The notes under the pieces were generated by a model. It searched no databases, was not told where the DNA came from, and saw only the letters and a program-made list of their open reading frames with translations. Of a stretch of 64,000 bases of DNA, positions 45,467 to 55,632 are shown in pieces; within the stretch, counting starts at the first letter, position 1; every line of letters starts with the position of its first letter. The stretch is from a bacterium (GTDB taxonomy: Bacteria > RBG-13-61-14 > DATKZS01), in assembly GCA_963674965.2 (NCBI GenBank), contig CAXXFL010000005.1, positions 800,001 through 864,000 of the forward strand. Reading direction: 5' to 3'. Both the position numbers and the translations under genes were made by a program.

Positions 45467-47842
45467 TTAGAGAGTGAACTCGATTTTTCCGCGGACGTTG
45501 GACTTGCCGGTGTTGCCAAGACCAAGGCCCAGGGTGCCGTCCTTATATCCCCTTAAGTTGGTCGCCGTCAAGTCGTGGCCGCTAAAACGCCTCGAGGCCA
45601 ACTCCGCGCTCGATATTGCCTCTGCCCCGGCGCGGCCTTCTTTATAGTTCCTCGGGGTCCTGACCTTAGTGCCCATGACCCGGTAAAAGAGCCGCTCTCC
45701 CGACTCTTTCCTCAGCTCGTTAAGCCGCGTGTAGGCGGAGAAATACTCGAGACGGCCCGTCCGTCCCCGGCGGCTGACCTTTAACAGGCGGTAGCCGCAA
45801 GGGTACTCGGCCGTCGCGGGCGTCTGCATGGCCGAGGTATAGGCGTCGTCGGCCGCTCTTCCGGCGAAGACCTTCTTCGGGTACTGGTCGAAAAGGGTCC
45901 CGTGATGATGGCCGTAGCATACGAGCTTGACGCAGGAGTGGCGGGCGAATATGTCCTGGAGCGCCATTCGAGCCGCGCTCATCATGGGCGTGAAGTCAAA
46001 CATTATTCTGCTCACGGCGTGCATGACCGGAGGCGTCTCCCGGATGGACCAGGGGCAGTGGTGAAGGCCGGCGATGACGGCCTTGCCTCTCGAGTCGGAC
46101 AGGACGTCCTCCAGCCAGTCGAGCTGGTCCTGACCCATGCCGATGTGGTCGTAGGTGGTCATGACCGAGTCGAGGGCCACAATCCGGAGCCAGTCGGTCA
46201 CGTCCTTGAAATAGTGCATCCGTCCCCGGGGAGGACCGTAGCCGGAGTAGCACTCGGAAACCGCCTCGCGGTCGCTGGCCGACATGTCGGGCGCGAAGTC
46301 GCTCCAGTACATGTCATGGTTGCCGATAGCCACCATGCACCGCTCATTCAAGGGCGGCCCGAGAGAGTCCATGCCCGCCTTCAGTATCTCGGCCTCCTCG
46401 AGGCGGCCCTCGTCCGCCAGGTCGCCCGTCATGAGCACCGCGTCAACGGGAAGATTGAGATAATGCTTGTCCGACTCTTCATCGCGCGAGAACACGTCGG
46501 AAAAAAACTCGACCCGATGACGCCCGCTCGCGATCTGGTCCATCACGTCCTTGTAGAGCCTCTGGCTGTCCTCGCCCGAGAAGTGGCCCGCGTACCGGCC
46601 GAAGCCAGAGGATTCCTCGGTGCTGACATGAGGGTCCGACACCACCGCCAGGACGGCTGAGTCGCCATGGCCAAGCCAGGGCGCCATGCGCGGGTCCAAG
46701 ACGGACTTGGCGGGCACGATCGATCTCGAGGCGGACGCGGCGAAAAATGTCCTGTCCTTTCCAGCCCCGGTTCGGCGGGCGGGAGCGGGAGGCAGGTCGC
46801 GGAAAAAGCTCTTCTCCACCATCTCGAGCATCCGGGTCTGGACGAAGCGGGACTCGATCTCGACCTGGCCGCCTCCATTAACCTTCAAGTCCAGCGTCCG
46901 GGCGCCGCAGGGGAAGCGGATGGGAGAGCAGGTGGTCACGGCCAGCGCGGAGGACCCCGGGATAAAGGCGGCCCGGTTGTCCATGTCCTTGCCGGTTAAG
47001 GCGAGCACGACCTGGGGGTTGGCGCGAATGAGCCGCGTCACTTCATGCAAGTCCCTCGAGTCGAGCGTCAAGTCCTCGGGTCCCTCCCGAGGCAGGATCG
47101 AGGGATGCATGACCAGGACCGTCGGGACCGAGCCGTTTCGAGCCAGGTCGTCCGCGAGCCACTCGAGCTGGGCCCGCCGCTCCCGCAGCCGCTCGGTCAG
47201 CTCGGCCACCAGGTATGTGGCCGACGAGTCCAGGTGAATGAAATGGAAGCCGCCCGCGTCGTGGGAATAGTATCCCTTCCCGCCGCCAAAGCCCGGGCCC
47301 GAAAGCTCCCTTAAAAAATCCTCCGGCCCCATCCCGCCCGCCATGGCGTCCCTTCCTCCAAGGGTGGGATAGAAAGGAATGCCAAGGCCCCTGGCCCAGG
47401 AGGCCGCCGTTCCAAGCTGGGCCGCGCCCTTGTGGCCCCGGCTGGAGCGGACCAGGTTTCCGCCGTGGAGAATCAACTCGGGGAGACCGCCCTCCGACTT
47501 CCGGATGATCCTGATAAGGTCGTCGGCTATCCGATAAGCCTCGCCGTAGAGGGCGCCATGGTTTTGGTAGCCCGAGCGGGAGGCGGTCAGGTCCTTGAAC
47601 CTCTCGGACAGGCTAAGCTCGTACGATCCCCTATCCTCCGGCCCATCCGATCCGCCCTTGGTCTCGAGCCAGGGCCTTATGGGGTCCTCGTCCGTGAACA
47701 TGGTGTCGATAAAATGGGTGACCCTGACAAAGGCCGGCCGCAAGGATGCCCGGGTTCGGAAGGAAAGGGCAAAGCTTCCTCCCGCCGCCGCGGCCATGGC
47801 CCGGATAAAACGTCTTCTGTCTCCTAGATTCGAGTGGATCAT
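45467..47842 (-). CDS. Tat-exported tandem calcineurin-like metallophosphoesterase
   Basis: DRRRFI Tat motif; C-domain has SDPH, GDLAD, GNHD, HH and GHHH; N-domain is a degenerate copy. Confidence 0.78.
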   Translation of the reverse strand: MIHSNLGDRRRFIRAMAAAAGGSFALSFRTRASLRPAFVRVTHFIDTMFTDEDPIRPWLETKGGSDGPEDRGSYELSLSERFKDLTASRSGYQNHGALYGEAYRIADDLIRIIRKSEGGLPELILHGGNLVRSSRGHKGAAQLGTAASWARGLGIPFYPTLGGRDAMAGGMGPEDFLRELSGPGFGGGKGYYSHDAGGFHFIHLDSSATYLVAELTERLRERRAQLEWLADDLARNGSVPTVLVMHPSILPREGPEDLTLDSRDLHEVTRLIRANPQVVLALTGKDMDNRAAFIPGSSALAVTTCSPIRFPCGARTLDLKVNGGGQVEIESRFVQTRMLEMVEKSFFRDLPPAPARRTGAGKDRTFFAASASRSIVPAKSVLDPRMAPWLGHGDSAVLAVVSDPHVSTEESSGFGRYAGHFSGEDSQRLYKDVMDQIASGRHRVEFFSDVFSRDEESDKHYLNLPVDAVLMTGDLADEGRLEEAEILKAGMDSLGPPLNERCMVAIGNHDMYWSDFAPDMSASDREAVSECYSGYGPPRGRMHYFKDVTDWLRIVALDSVMTTYDHIGMGQDQLDWLEDVLSDSRGKAVIAGLHHCPWSIRETPPVMHAVSRIMFDFTPMMSAARMALQDIFARHSCVKLVCYGHHHGTLFDQYPKKVFAGRAADDAYTSAMQTPATAEYPCGYRLLKVSRRGRTGRLEYFSAYTRLNELRKESGERLFYRVMGTKVRTPRNYKEGRAGAEAISSAELASRRFSGHDLTATNLRGYKDGTLGLGLGNTGKSNVRGKIEFTL

Positions 47843-48031
47843 GATCTCCCCTGAAGCTTAAAGGATGATCCCTTATTGGGACACAACCTATTTTATATCA
47901 TAACCGGCGGCGCCGCTCGAAAGGATACCCTAAGATCGATCAGGCCTCCGTGGGGGCTGGAGGTCTTTCGGTTTTCAAACGCCCCTGGCCATTTGACAGC
48001 CGGTGAAAGCGCGTGCCAGAATTTTCAGATT

Positions 48032-49027
48032 ATGGGCGGAAAGATATTGGTTACCGGCGCGACCGGCCTGCTTGGCGGGAACCTGGCCCGTCTCCTGGTG
48101 GAGGACGGACGTGAGGTCCGGGCCCTTGTACGGGAGAACTCGAACGCCATAGCCCTCGAGGGGCTTGAGGTGGAAAAGTTTTACGGCGACGTCCGGGACA
48201 TGGGGTCGGTGGAAAAAGCCGCGGCCGGCGTCGAGGAAGTGGTTCACTGCGCGGCCTCGGTGAGCCAGTGGCGGCCCAACCTGCCCTGGATGCGGGACGT
48301 CAACGTCAAGGGCACGGCCAACGTGCTCGAGGCGGCGCTGAGGGCCGGCGTAAAAAGGGCCGTCCACGTAAGCACGGTGGATACCCTGGGGCTTTCCTCC
48401 CTCGAGCGCCCGGCCGACGAGAGTTGGGAACACGAGAGCATGGCGGCCTTCCGTAACCCCTACGTTGACACCAAGTACGAGGCGGAAAAGGAAGCCCTTC
48501 GCGTCCACCGGGAGGGACTAGACCTGGTGATAGTAAAACCGACCTATATGATCGGGGAGTGGGACGTCAAGCCCAGCTCGGGCCAGATGATCGTCGAGGT
48601 GGCAAAAGGGCGGGCCCTGGGGTATCCTGGCGGAGGCAATAATTTCGTCGACGTCCTGGACGTGGCCCGGGGAATTACCCTGGCCATCGAGAAGGGGAAA
48701 TCGGGCGAGTCCTATATCCTGGCCAACGGTGAGGGGAACCTGACCTACAAGGAGATGTTCACCCGCATAGCCGGGGTGGTGGGGGCCCGTCCTCCCATGT
48801 TCCCCATACCCTACGCCCTGGCCCTGGGCGCGGGATACCTTTTGGACGCGGCGGGAAGGGTCTTCGGGCTCGAGCCCGACGTCAACTCGGTGACGGCCAG
48901 GATGGGCTTCGCGGCTCATTACTTTACGCCGGCCAAGGCCGTAAAGGAACTGGCCATACCCCAGTCGCCCATCGAGCCGGCCATCGCCCGGGCTTACGAC
49001 TGGTTCAAGAGGCATGGAAGGTTATAA
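48032..49027 (+). CDS. NAD-dependent epimerase/dehydratase (HpnA/DFR-like extended SDR)
   Basis: LVTGATGLLG, NVKGT, YVDTK and FVDVLDVARG. Confidence 0.88.
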   Translation: MGGKILVTGATGLLGGNLARLLVEDGREVRALVRENSNAIALEGLEVEKFYGDVRDMGSVEKAAAGVEEVVHCAASVSQWRPNLPWMRDVNVKGTANVLEAALRAGVKRAVHVSTVDTLGLSSLERPADESWEHESMAAFRNPYVDTKYEAEKEALRVHREGLDLVIVKPTYMIGEWDVKPSSGQMIVEVAKGRALGYPGGGNNFVDVLDVARGITLAIEKGKSGESYILANGEGNLTYKEMFTRIAGVVGARPPMFPIPYALALGAGYLLDAAGRVFGLEPDVNSVTARMGFAAHYFTPAKAVKELAIPQSPIEPAIARAYDWFKRHGRL

Positions 49028-49075
49028 CCTTTTGGAGGATTGACCCCGCCTCGAGGCGGGAGGGGAGGATGCTAC

Positions 49076-49885
49076 ATGGTCAGGCGCCTGACTCCGGTTT
49101 TCATGGTCTTCGCGCTGGCCCTTTCAGGGTGCGGCGGCAGCAAAAAGGAAGTGGTCGAGACCCCGCCCTTCGAGCTTAACGAATGCCCGGTCGCTCGGCT
49201 GGAGATTAGTCCGTCGCGGGTTGACGATCCTTCCAACGTCATCGGCTCGGACCGGGAGACTTCCTTTTCCGCCTCGGCCTACGACCGGGAAGGGCGGCCC
49301 ATCGAGCGGGACTTGACGTGGAGCTTCGTTTATCCGGACGGGGACGACGGGACCAGGGGCGGCGCCGGCCACTCGATCATAGTGGAGAGCGGTGGCCGGG
49401 CGACTTTCAGGGCCGGGGGCCTGGCGGCGGGTACCTTCAACGTCATGGTCCAGGACCGGGGCTGCAACCTCTACACCGATGAGGAACCCCAATACGCCGA
49501 GGCCATCGCCAGGGTCAAGGTTTACAGCCGTCCCGGCGACCCGGCGGCCTGCGGCAAGATGCGGGTGACCTACGGTGACGAGCTCGACCGCATGGGGGAC
49601 GAGCTGATAGCCAGCGCCAAGGTAACCCTTATCTCGGAGATATCCGCCCGGGAGAAGCTGCCCTCTTCCTACAAGGTGAGGTTCTTTTTCAAGGACGAGG
49701 CCTTTCCCAAGAAGCGTCCCCTTTACCGTGACGACTCGGTGGTTCGGATCGAGGGCATGCCCATGGGCTACAAATCCATTTTGCCCATATATCTTGTCCC
49801 GGGCCAGTACGAGGTTCATTACGAACTTTTGGACGGCGACGACGTGGTCTGCGGCTCGCGCGCGGAGCGTTTCGAAACCAGGTAG
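49076..49885 (+). CDS. Hypothetical lipoprotein
   Basis: Lipobox LSGC after a hydrophobic stretch; GGAGG RBS. Confidence 0.7.
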   Translation: MVRRLTPVFMVFALALSGCGGSKKEVVETPPFELNECPVARLEISPSRVDDPSNVIGSDRETSFSASAYDREGRPIERDLTWSFVYPDGDDGTRGGAGHSIIVESGGRATFRAGGLAAGTFNVMVQDRGCNLYTDEEPQYAEAIARVKVYSRPGDPAACGKMRVTYGDELDRMGDELIASAKVTLISEISAREKLPSSYKVRFFFKDEAFPKKRPLYRDDSVVRIEGMPMGYKSILPIYLVPGQYEVHYELLDGDDVVCGSRAERFETR

Positions 49886-49891
49886 GTTTAT

Positions 49892-50533
49892 ATGACGTTT
49901 ATCAAGTGGACAATCCCGGCGGCGTTGCTATGTCTTATTCCTTTTTTCACGGCCGGGGCCCAGACTCCCAGCCTGGGGTCATTTTATGGAGACAAGAACC
50001 TCTCTTACATCGAGGTAAACGCCTCTCCCTTGATCCCACCGTTCCAGGGATACGGCGGCGACCTTTATTTCGGCTTCGACACTCTTTCCAAGCGCAGCCG
50101 CAAGGGCTCGACCTATCAGTATTTCGTGGGCCTGGCCCTGGGCGGCGGCGGCTTCGGGTTCCAGGACGCCGAGTTCTCGGGAGGATACGGGGAGCGAGAC
50201 GTGAGCGGCGGCTACATTGCCATGCGGATCGAGAATAAGCTTTTCTTTACCACCGAGGGCGACGTGAGACCCTACGTGGGCGCCAACTTGGGCGTTGGAA
50301 GGGGAGCCATCAGCGGCTCCCACCTTGACGAGTATGACAGTTTGTCCAGCGAGATGATGGTTTACGCGGTGGGCGCGGAAGCGGGCGCTCATATAAGGCT
50401 GACGCCCAAGTATTTTTTAACCGTGGCGCTGGCGGGCAAGGCCGAGATGCTGGGTTACTCGAGCGATTATCAGGCGGTATATCCTATCTCTATCAACATT
50501 GGCGCGTGCCGCTGGAGGGGACGCCTCAAGTGA
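49892..50533 (+). CDS. Putative outer-membrane beta-barrel protein
   Basis: Signal peptide, alternating beta strands and VRPYVGANLG. Confidence 0.6.
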   Translation: MTFIKWTIPAALLCLIPFFTAGAQTPSLGSFYGDKNLSYIEVNASPLIPPFQGYGGDLYFGFDTLSKRSRKGSTYQYFVGLALGGGGFGFQDAEFSGGYGERDVSGGYIAMRIENKLFFTTEGDVRPYVGANLGVGRGAISGSHLDEYDSLSSEMMVYAVGAEAGAHIRLTPKYFLTVALAGKAEMLGYSSDYQAVYPISINIGACRWRGRLK

Positions 50534-50570
50534 TCGCGGACCTCTCGAGGTTCGAGCGGGGGAGATTAAA

Positions 50571-51227
50571 TTGGCCGACGAGAGACAATACCTGGTCGAT
50601 TCTTTAAAGCCCGGCGAGTCGTGGCGCATATTCAGGATCATCGCCGAGATAGTTGAGGGGTTCGAGGACCTCTCGACTATATGCCCGGCGGTTTCGGTGT
50701 TCGGCTCGGCGCGGTCCAAGCCCGGCGATCCCGAGTATGAAAAGGCCTATAAAATAGGGCGGCTGCTGGCGGAGTCGGGCTACTCGGTGATAAGCGGCGG
50801 CGGGGGCGGAGTCATGGAGGCGGCCAACAAGGGGGCCATCGAGGGAAACGGAAGATCGGTGGGACTTAACATTGACCTGCCCATGGAACAAAAGCCCAAC
50901 AAGTACCAGAACCTGAGCCTTAACTTCCGCTACTTTTTCGTGCGCAAGGTCATGTTCATCAAATACGCCCAGGCCTACGTGGTGCTACCGGGCGGGTTCG
51001 GGACCCTGGACGAGTTGAGCGAGGCTTTAACTCTCATCCAGACCCGCAAGATCAGGCCCTTTCCAGTGATACTGGTCGAGAGCGAATACTGGAAGCCGCT
51101 GGTGGAGTGGTTTAAAACGACCATGTTGAAGGCGGGCAAAATAAACCCGGGCGACCTTGATATCTTCCGCGTGATCGACGACCCGGTCGAGGTGGTACGG
51201 GAGATAAGAAGGACCGTCATTATTTAA
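50571..51227 (+). CDS. LOG family (TIGR00730-like) nucleotide phosphoribohydrolase
   Basis: SVFGSAR, SGGGGGVMEAAN, FFVRKVMF and PGGFGTLDE; TTG start after a GGGAG RBS. Confidence 0.92.
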   Translation: MADERQYLVDSLKPGESWRIFRIIAEIVEGFEDLSTICPAVSVFGSARSKPGDPEYEKAYKIGRLLAESGYSVISGGGGGVMEAANKGAIEGNGRSVGLNIDLPMEQKPNKYQNLSLNFRYFFVRKVMFIKYAQAYVVLPGGFGTLDELSEALTLIQTRKIRPFPVILVESEYWKPLVEWFKTTMLKAGKINPGDLDIFRVIDDPVEVVREIRRTVII

Positions 51228-51265
51228 GGCCAAAGCAAAAAGAATAAAGTCAGGAAAAACCTGAT

Positions 51266-51303
51266 CGCCGCTCGGGAAAACGGGGCGGCGCTTTTCGCTT
51301 TTT
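51266..51303 (+). terminator. Rho-independent terminator
   Basis: CGCCGCTCG-GGAAAA-CGGGGCGGCG followed by CTTTTCGCTTTTT. Confidence 0.65.
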
Positions 51304-51412
51304 ATCAGGGACTTGACTGGAATCCCTACCGGTAATAAATTTAATAGGGAACAAATATACTCGGTTTTTGTCCAACAACGTGTTCCTTCAGCGATTTTAT
51401 AAGGAGACGGAC

Positions 51413-52633
51413 ATGCCACGGAAAAAGAATTTAAGTGATACCCAGAAGTGGAGCATGCATACCTCGACGGTGCACTCGGGAGAACACGGCGTCAAATACG
51501 CCGACGCCCTCACCGTTCCCATCGTGCAGACCTCGACTTTCGTTTTTCACGGCAGCGAGAATATCAAGGGCTACACCAAGGCCAAGATGCGCAAAAAGCT
51601 CATCCGCTACGAGTACGCCCGCTACGGCAATCCCACCCAGGAGGCGGCGGAAAAAAAGCTCTCCGTCCTCGAGGGCGCCCAGGACTGCATTCTTTTCGAT
51701 TCCGGCATGAGCGCCATCACCACCACCTTGTGGGCGCTTCTCAACCAGGGCGACCATATCGTTTTGACCGACGACCTGTACGGGCAGACGCTCAAGTTCT
51801 GCACCCGCCACCTCACCCGGTTCGGCATCGAGTATACCGTTACCAAGATGGGCGACTACGCGGGCCTTCGCAAATCGATCAAGAAAAACACCAAGATCAT
51901 TTTTTCCGAGTCGCCCACCAACCCCTATTTAAACATCCTCGACATGGAGGAAATGCTCAAGATCAGGCAGACCTACAAGGGTCTCATGATTATCGACTCG
52001 ACCTTCGCCACGCCCTACAACCAGAGGCCGCTCGAGTTCGGCATGGACCTGGTCATTCACAGCGCCACCAAGTACCTGGCCGGGCATAACGACATCCTGG
52101 CCGGCGCGGTCCTGGGCAACTCCGACCTTATCAACGTCATCAGGGACTACCAGCACGCCACGGGATCGATCATCGATCCCCACGCCTGCTACCTCCTCGT
52201 CAGAGGCCTGAAAACGGCGGCCCTCCGGGTCGAGTACCAGAACGCCTCGGCCATGAAGGTGGCCCAGTTCCTCGAAAAACACCCCAAGATTAGAAAGGTC
52301 TTCTATCCCGGACTCGAGAGCCATCCCCACCACGAGATAGCCAAGGCCCAGATGAAGGGCTACGGAGGTGTTGTCAGCTTCTGGGTAAAGGGAGACCTGA
52401 AAAAGGTCAACAAGTTCCTCGACGCCCTGCAATGGATTTACATCGCGCCCAGCCTGGGAGGGGTCGAGACCCTCATCACCCACCCGGCCACGGTTACCTA
52501 CTACCGCAACACCAGGAAGGAAAGGTACAAGCTGGGCATAACCGACCAACTCGTCCGACTCGCCCTCGGTATCGAGGACCCCGAGGACATCATGGCCGAC
52601 CTCGACCGGGCCCTCTGGGCCATGGACAAGTAA
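51413..52633 (+). CDS. Cys/Met metabolism PLP enzyme (cystathionine gamma-synthase/lyase-like)
   Basis: YARYGNPT, SGMSAI, ESPTNP, DSTFATP, HSATKYLAGHND and SLGGVE. Confidence 0.92.
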   Translation: MPRKKNLSDTQKWSMHTSTVHSGEHGVKYADALTVPIVQTSTFVFHGSENIKGYTKAKMRKKLIRYEYARYGNPTQEAAEKKLSVLEGAQDCILFDSGMSAITTTLWALLNQGDHIVLTDDLYGQTLKFCTRHLTRFGIEYTVTKMGDYAGLRKSIKKNTKIIFSESPTNPYLNILDMEEMLKIRQTYKGLMIIDSTFATPYNQRPLEFGMDLVIHSATKYLAGHNDILAGAVLGNSDLINVIRDYQHATGSIIDPHACYLLVRGLKTAALRVEYQNASAMKVAQFLEKHPKIRKVFYPGLESHPHHEIAKAQMKGYGGVVSFWVKGDLKKVNKFLDALQWIYIAPSLGGVETLITHPATVTYYRNTRKERYKLGITDQLVRLALGIEDPEDIMADLDRALWAMDK

Positions 52634-52782
52634 AAGGAAAAAGATGAGCGCAAAGGGCGGCGTCCGGGCGGCGCCCTTAAATTTTCAGGCCGGCCCGCGG
52701 CCAAGGCCAAAAAGCCTTCGCGTTTCCCTTGCGGCCTATTACTCGGCTTGATATTTGCGCGGCACGAAATTATACTGCCCGC

Positions 52783-52950
52783 GTGAAGGCGAAAAAGAAA
52801 ATGGGGCGGCCGCCGGCGCCGCCGGACAAGAAGTTCTCGCGGCGGGTCACCGTCTGGATGACCGAGGCCGAGCGCGAGCGGATCGGCCGGAAGGCCGAGA
52901 AACTGGGCGTGAGCCTGTCGGAATGCCTCATGAAGCCCTGGCGGGAATGA
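52783..52950 (+). CDS. Small ribbon-helix-helix/CopG-like DNA-binding protein
   Basis: MGRPP...RVTVWMTEAERERI..KAEKLGVSLSE pattern; start GTG 52783 or ATG 52801. Confidence 0.55.
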   Translation: MKAKKKMGRPPAPPDKKFSRRVTVWMTEAERERIGRKAEKLGVSLSECLMKPWRE

Positions 52951-53089
52951 CGAGAAAAGACGGCAAGGCCCCGGGGCCGCTTCCGAGCGCGAGCCGGAAA
53001 AGAGTGGTAGAATTTTATTGCGGGCCGCGTGGAGTTCCCGCGCGATCTTTTCAGCGAGCGTTTCAAAAAGACTGACTCCGAGGATGTGA

Positions 53090-53314
53090 ATGAAAGAGTA
53101 CTTGAAAAAAAGAAAGTCCGAAAAGGTCGGCCTTACCAGGGCCGGTTTTCCCAAGGAAGTATACTTCGAGGCTATCGTCAAGGACGTGTCCGGCGAGGTG
53201 GCGATCCTTGAGGACGAAAAGGGCAAAGAGGTGGCCATACCCATCGACAAGATTCTTATGGTCGGTCCTCCCGAGAAAGAGGAGACCGCCGAGAACCGGG
53301 CCGGTTTCCTCTGA
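53090..53314 (+). CDS. Small hypothetical protein, possibly Sm/SH3-like beta fold
   Basis: GAGG RBS, host-like codon usage, beta-rich core ending IPIDKI and a C-terminal AGFL. Confidence 0.6.
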   Translation: MKEYLKKRKSEKVGLTRAGFPKEVYFEAIVKDVSGEVAILEDEKGKEVAIPIDKILMVGPPEKEETAENRAGFL

Positions 53315-53324
53315 GGAGACGATT

Positions 53325-53849
53325 ATGAGCGGGTCGGATCAAGGCGATAAAAAAATCCGGACCATCGACTGGGACGAATACTCGAGGCTTTGCCGCCTTC
53401 TCGCGAACAAGGCGCTCGAGCGCCACAAGGTGGACACGGTGGTGGGCATCGCTCACGGCGGCGTTATCGTGGGGGCCACGTTGGCCACCATCCTGGGCCG
53501 CGACTTCTTTCCCATCAAGTTCTCCAGGCGGGTCAACTCGAGGGTGGTCCGCAAAAAGTCCAAGCTCCTGGTGCCTCCCACCGCGGACCTGAAGGACAAG
53601 GTCGTCCTGTTAATCGACGACGTCACCAACACGGGCGAGACCATGAAGGCGGCCCTCGAGGCCATCAAGGCCCGCTCTCCCGCCGAGGTCCTGACCCTGT
53701 CCCTGGTGAGGAAGTCCGCCTATGAAACGGATTTCGTGGGCACCTATTTTCCCGGCCAGGTCATCTTGCCCTGGCAGATTGAGGACGACCCCAGAAACGG
53801 CGGCAAAGGAGCGAACGGTAACCGAGTCATCAAGGAGATATATGAATGA
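53325..53849 (+). CDS. Purine phosphoribosyltransferase-like protein (type I PRT)
   Basis: VVGIAHGG, VLLIDDVTNTGET PRPP motif and LPW. Confidence 0.88.
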   Translation: MSGSDQGDKKIRTIDWDEYSRLCRLLANKALERHKVDTVVGIAHGGVIVGATLATILGRDFFPIKFSRRVNSRVVRKKSKLLVPPTADLKDKVVLLIDDVTNTGETMKAALEAIKARSPAEVLTLSLVRKSAYETDFVGTYFPGQVILPWQIEDDPRNGGKGANGNRVIKEIYE

Positions 53850-54502
53850 TCCCCATCATCGGCGTCATCGGCCGCTCGGGATCGGGCAAGACCACCTTGA
53901 CGGTTAAGGTAATCAAGGAACTCGTCGGCAGGGGCTACAAGGTGGGAGCCATCAAGCACACGCGCCATGAAATCGATATCGACCAGCCCGGCAAGGACTC
54001 GATGCTCATGAAGGAGGCCGGGGCCGCCGCGGTGGCCATCGCCTCCCCCGACCGGGTGGCCCTGCACCTGCCGACGGACGAGGAGTTCTCGCCCGAGGAC
54101 GTGGTTGCCCGGCTTTTTCCCGAGGTGGACGTGGCCCTGGTCGAGGGCTTCGGGGACGCGCCCATCCCCAAGATCGGGATCATCAGGAAGGGCGTCTCCG
54201 ACGAGCTGCCCACGGAAAAAGGCCTTATCGGCCTGGTCACGGACTCGGCCGCCAGGCGGGAAGTTCCCCTTTTCTCCTTTGACCAGGTCCCGCAAATAGC
54301 CGACCTCGTCGAGAGCTATATCCTGAAGAAACAAAACAAACGCGAAGCCTTTCTTTTCGTTAACGGAAAAAAGATATTTCTCAAGCCCTTTATCAAGGAC
54401 CTCTTCCTCAAGGCCATCGCGGCCATGGTCGACTGCCTGAAAGGTACCGAGGGCGCCGGCAGGATACAGGTCATTATCGATAAGCCGGGGGGCGTCGAGT
54501 AA
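53846..54502 (+). CDS. mobB: Molybdopterin-guanine dinucleotide biosynthesis protein B
   Basis: GRSGSGKTTL, IKH, DQPGKDS and LVEGF. Confidence 0.92.
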   Translation: MIPIIGVIGRSGSGKTTLTVKVIKELVGRGYKVGAIKHTRHEIDIDQPGKDSMLMKEAGAAAVAIASPDRVALHLPTDEEFSPEDVVARLFPEVDVALVEGFGDAPIPKIGIIRKGVSDELPTEKGLIGLVTDSAARREVPLFSFDQVPQIADLVESYILKKQNKREAFLFVNGKKIFLKPFIKDLFLKAIAAMVDCLKGTEGAGRIQVIIDKPGGVE

Positions 54503-54691
54503 ATACAATCCTACTTTCCAAAGCGATACCCGCCGGGCGCGAATAATAGGAGCAAGGGCAAAAGTTTGACCGGGCGCCTTGCCGATATTATAATCACCCC
54601 CGAAGTTGGAGCGCGGCATTATATGGAACAACCTTATGGCCCGCGGCCTCAAATATTGAAAGTAAAAGATAAGGCAGGGGGAAAATCCACT

Positions 54692-55450
54692 ATGAGATTC
54701 CAGAAATTGTATTTGTGTTTGGCTATGGTTCTTTTCGTTGCTTTCGCCATGACGGCATGTCCGGAAAAACCTAAGAAGGACGGCAAGGATGGCGGTGATG
54801 GCTCGGTCGCCAAAACCACGGCCGACGTGGAAAAAGGCGGCACGGCGGAGGTAAAACCCGCCGACGGCTCGACGACGGCCAAGGGGGCGACCGTGGAAAA
54901 TGGTTCCACCGCTCCGGTCGCCCCGGCCAGGCCCGCGCCGGTTTCCGGCTCGACCGCGCCCGTTTCCTCGACTCCTCCCATCGCTTCCGACGTTTACTGG
55001 AAGGTCCATATCGAGAGGCTGAAACTGACCCGGGACCTTTACGCCGCCATGCTCAAGGTTTACGAGGAAGAGGGCGGCGCCACCGATGGGGCCAGGGAAA
55101 AAATCAGCAAGCTGCAAATTGCCCATAAAGACAAGATGCAGGCTATTTTCGACGAGCACGGATTGACGGGTCGTGACTTCTATCCTCGAGGACCGGACCA
55201 GGCCAAGCGCGACGTCTTTGCCGAAAGGCAGAATTACCTGAAGGAACATCCCGATCTGAAAGCCGAGTTCGACCAGATCAACAAGGAAATGAGGGACCTT
55301 AGGAACGAGGTGAAAAAATACCGGGGCGATGAGAGGATGCACAGAAGAGGAATGAGAGGGGAAGGACCTGGCGAAAGAAGGCCAAGAGGACCGGGAGCGC
55401 CTGTGCCCATGCCTCCCGAGATGAAAAAAGGATCGACCGCGACGCCCTGA
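54692..55450 (+). CDS. Hypothetical lipoprotein (paralog of the next gene)
   Basis: Lipobox MTAC, Pro/Ala/Thr linker and a helical domain. Confidence 0.75.
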   Translation: MRFQKLYLCLAMVLFVAFAMTACPEKPKKDGKDGGDGSVAKTTADVEKGGTAEVKPADGSTTAKGATVENGSTAPVAPARPAPVSGSTAPVSSTPPIASDVYWKVHIERLKLTRDLYAAMLKVYEEEGGATDGAREKISKLQIAHKDKMQAIFDEHGLTGRDFYPRGPDQAKRDVFAERQNYLKEHPDLKAEFDQINKEMRDLRNEVKKYRGDERMHRRGMRGEGPGERRPRGPGAPVPMPPEMKKGSTATP

Positions 55451-55516
55451 AGATAACTGACTTTAACATACATATCGCCAGGTTAGACCGTAAGGGTCCA
55501 TGCCATGGGAAAAACC

Positions 55517-55557
55517 TTTTCATCCCGGCCGGGAAAATTGACCAGCCGGGATGAAAA
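55517..55557. repeat. 13-bp perfect inverted repeat
   Basis: TTTTCATCCCGGC-N15-GCCGGGATGAAAA. Confidence 0.7.
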
Positions 55558-55632
55558 TTTCGGAAAGGCGCCTTATAATCGTACTTTATCGGGAAACCGA
55601 TACATGTATCGAGCAAATAAGGCGACGAAAAA

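Noticed and set aside
51305-51412. SAM riboswitch or T-box ahead of the Cys/Met enzyme
   Set aside because: No SAM-I core (ATC.AGAG...GCAACC...GTGC) or T-box motif is visible, and the leader after the likely promoter is short.
53744-55342. 532-aa - strand ORF
   Set aside because: Antisense to mobB and the lipoprotein gene, with no recognisable domain.
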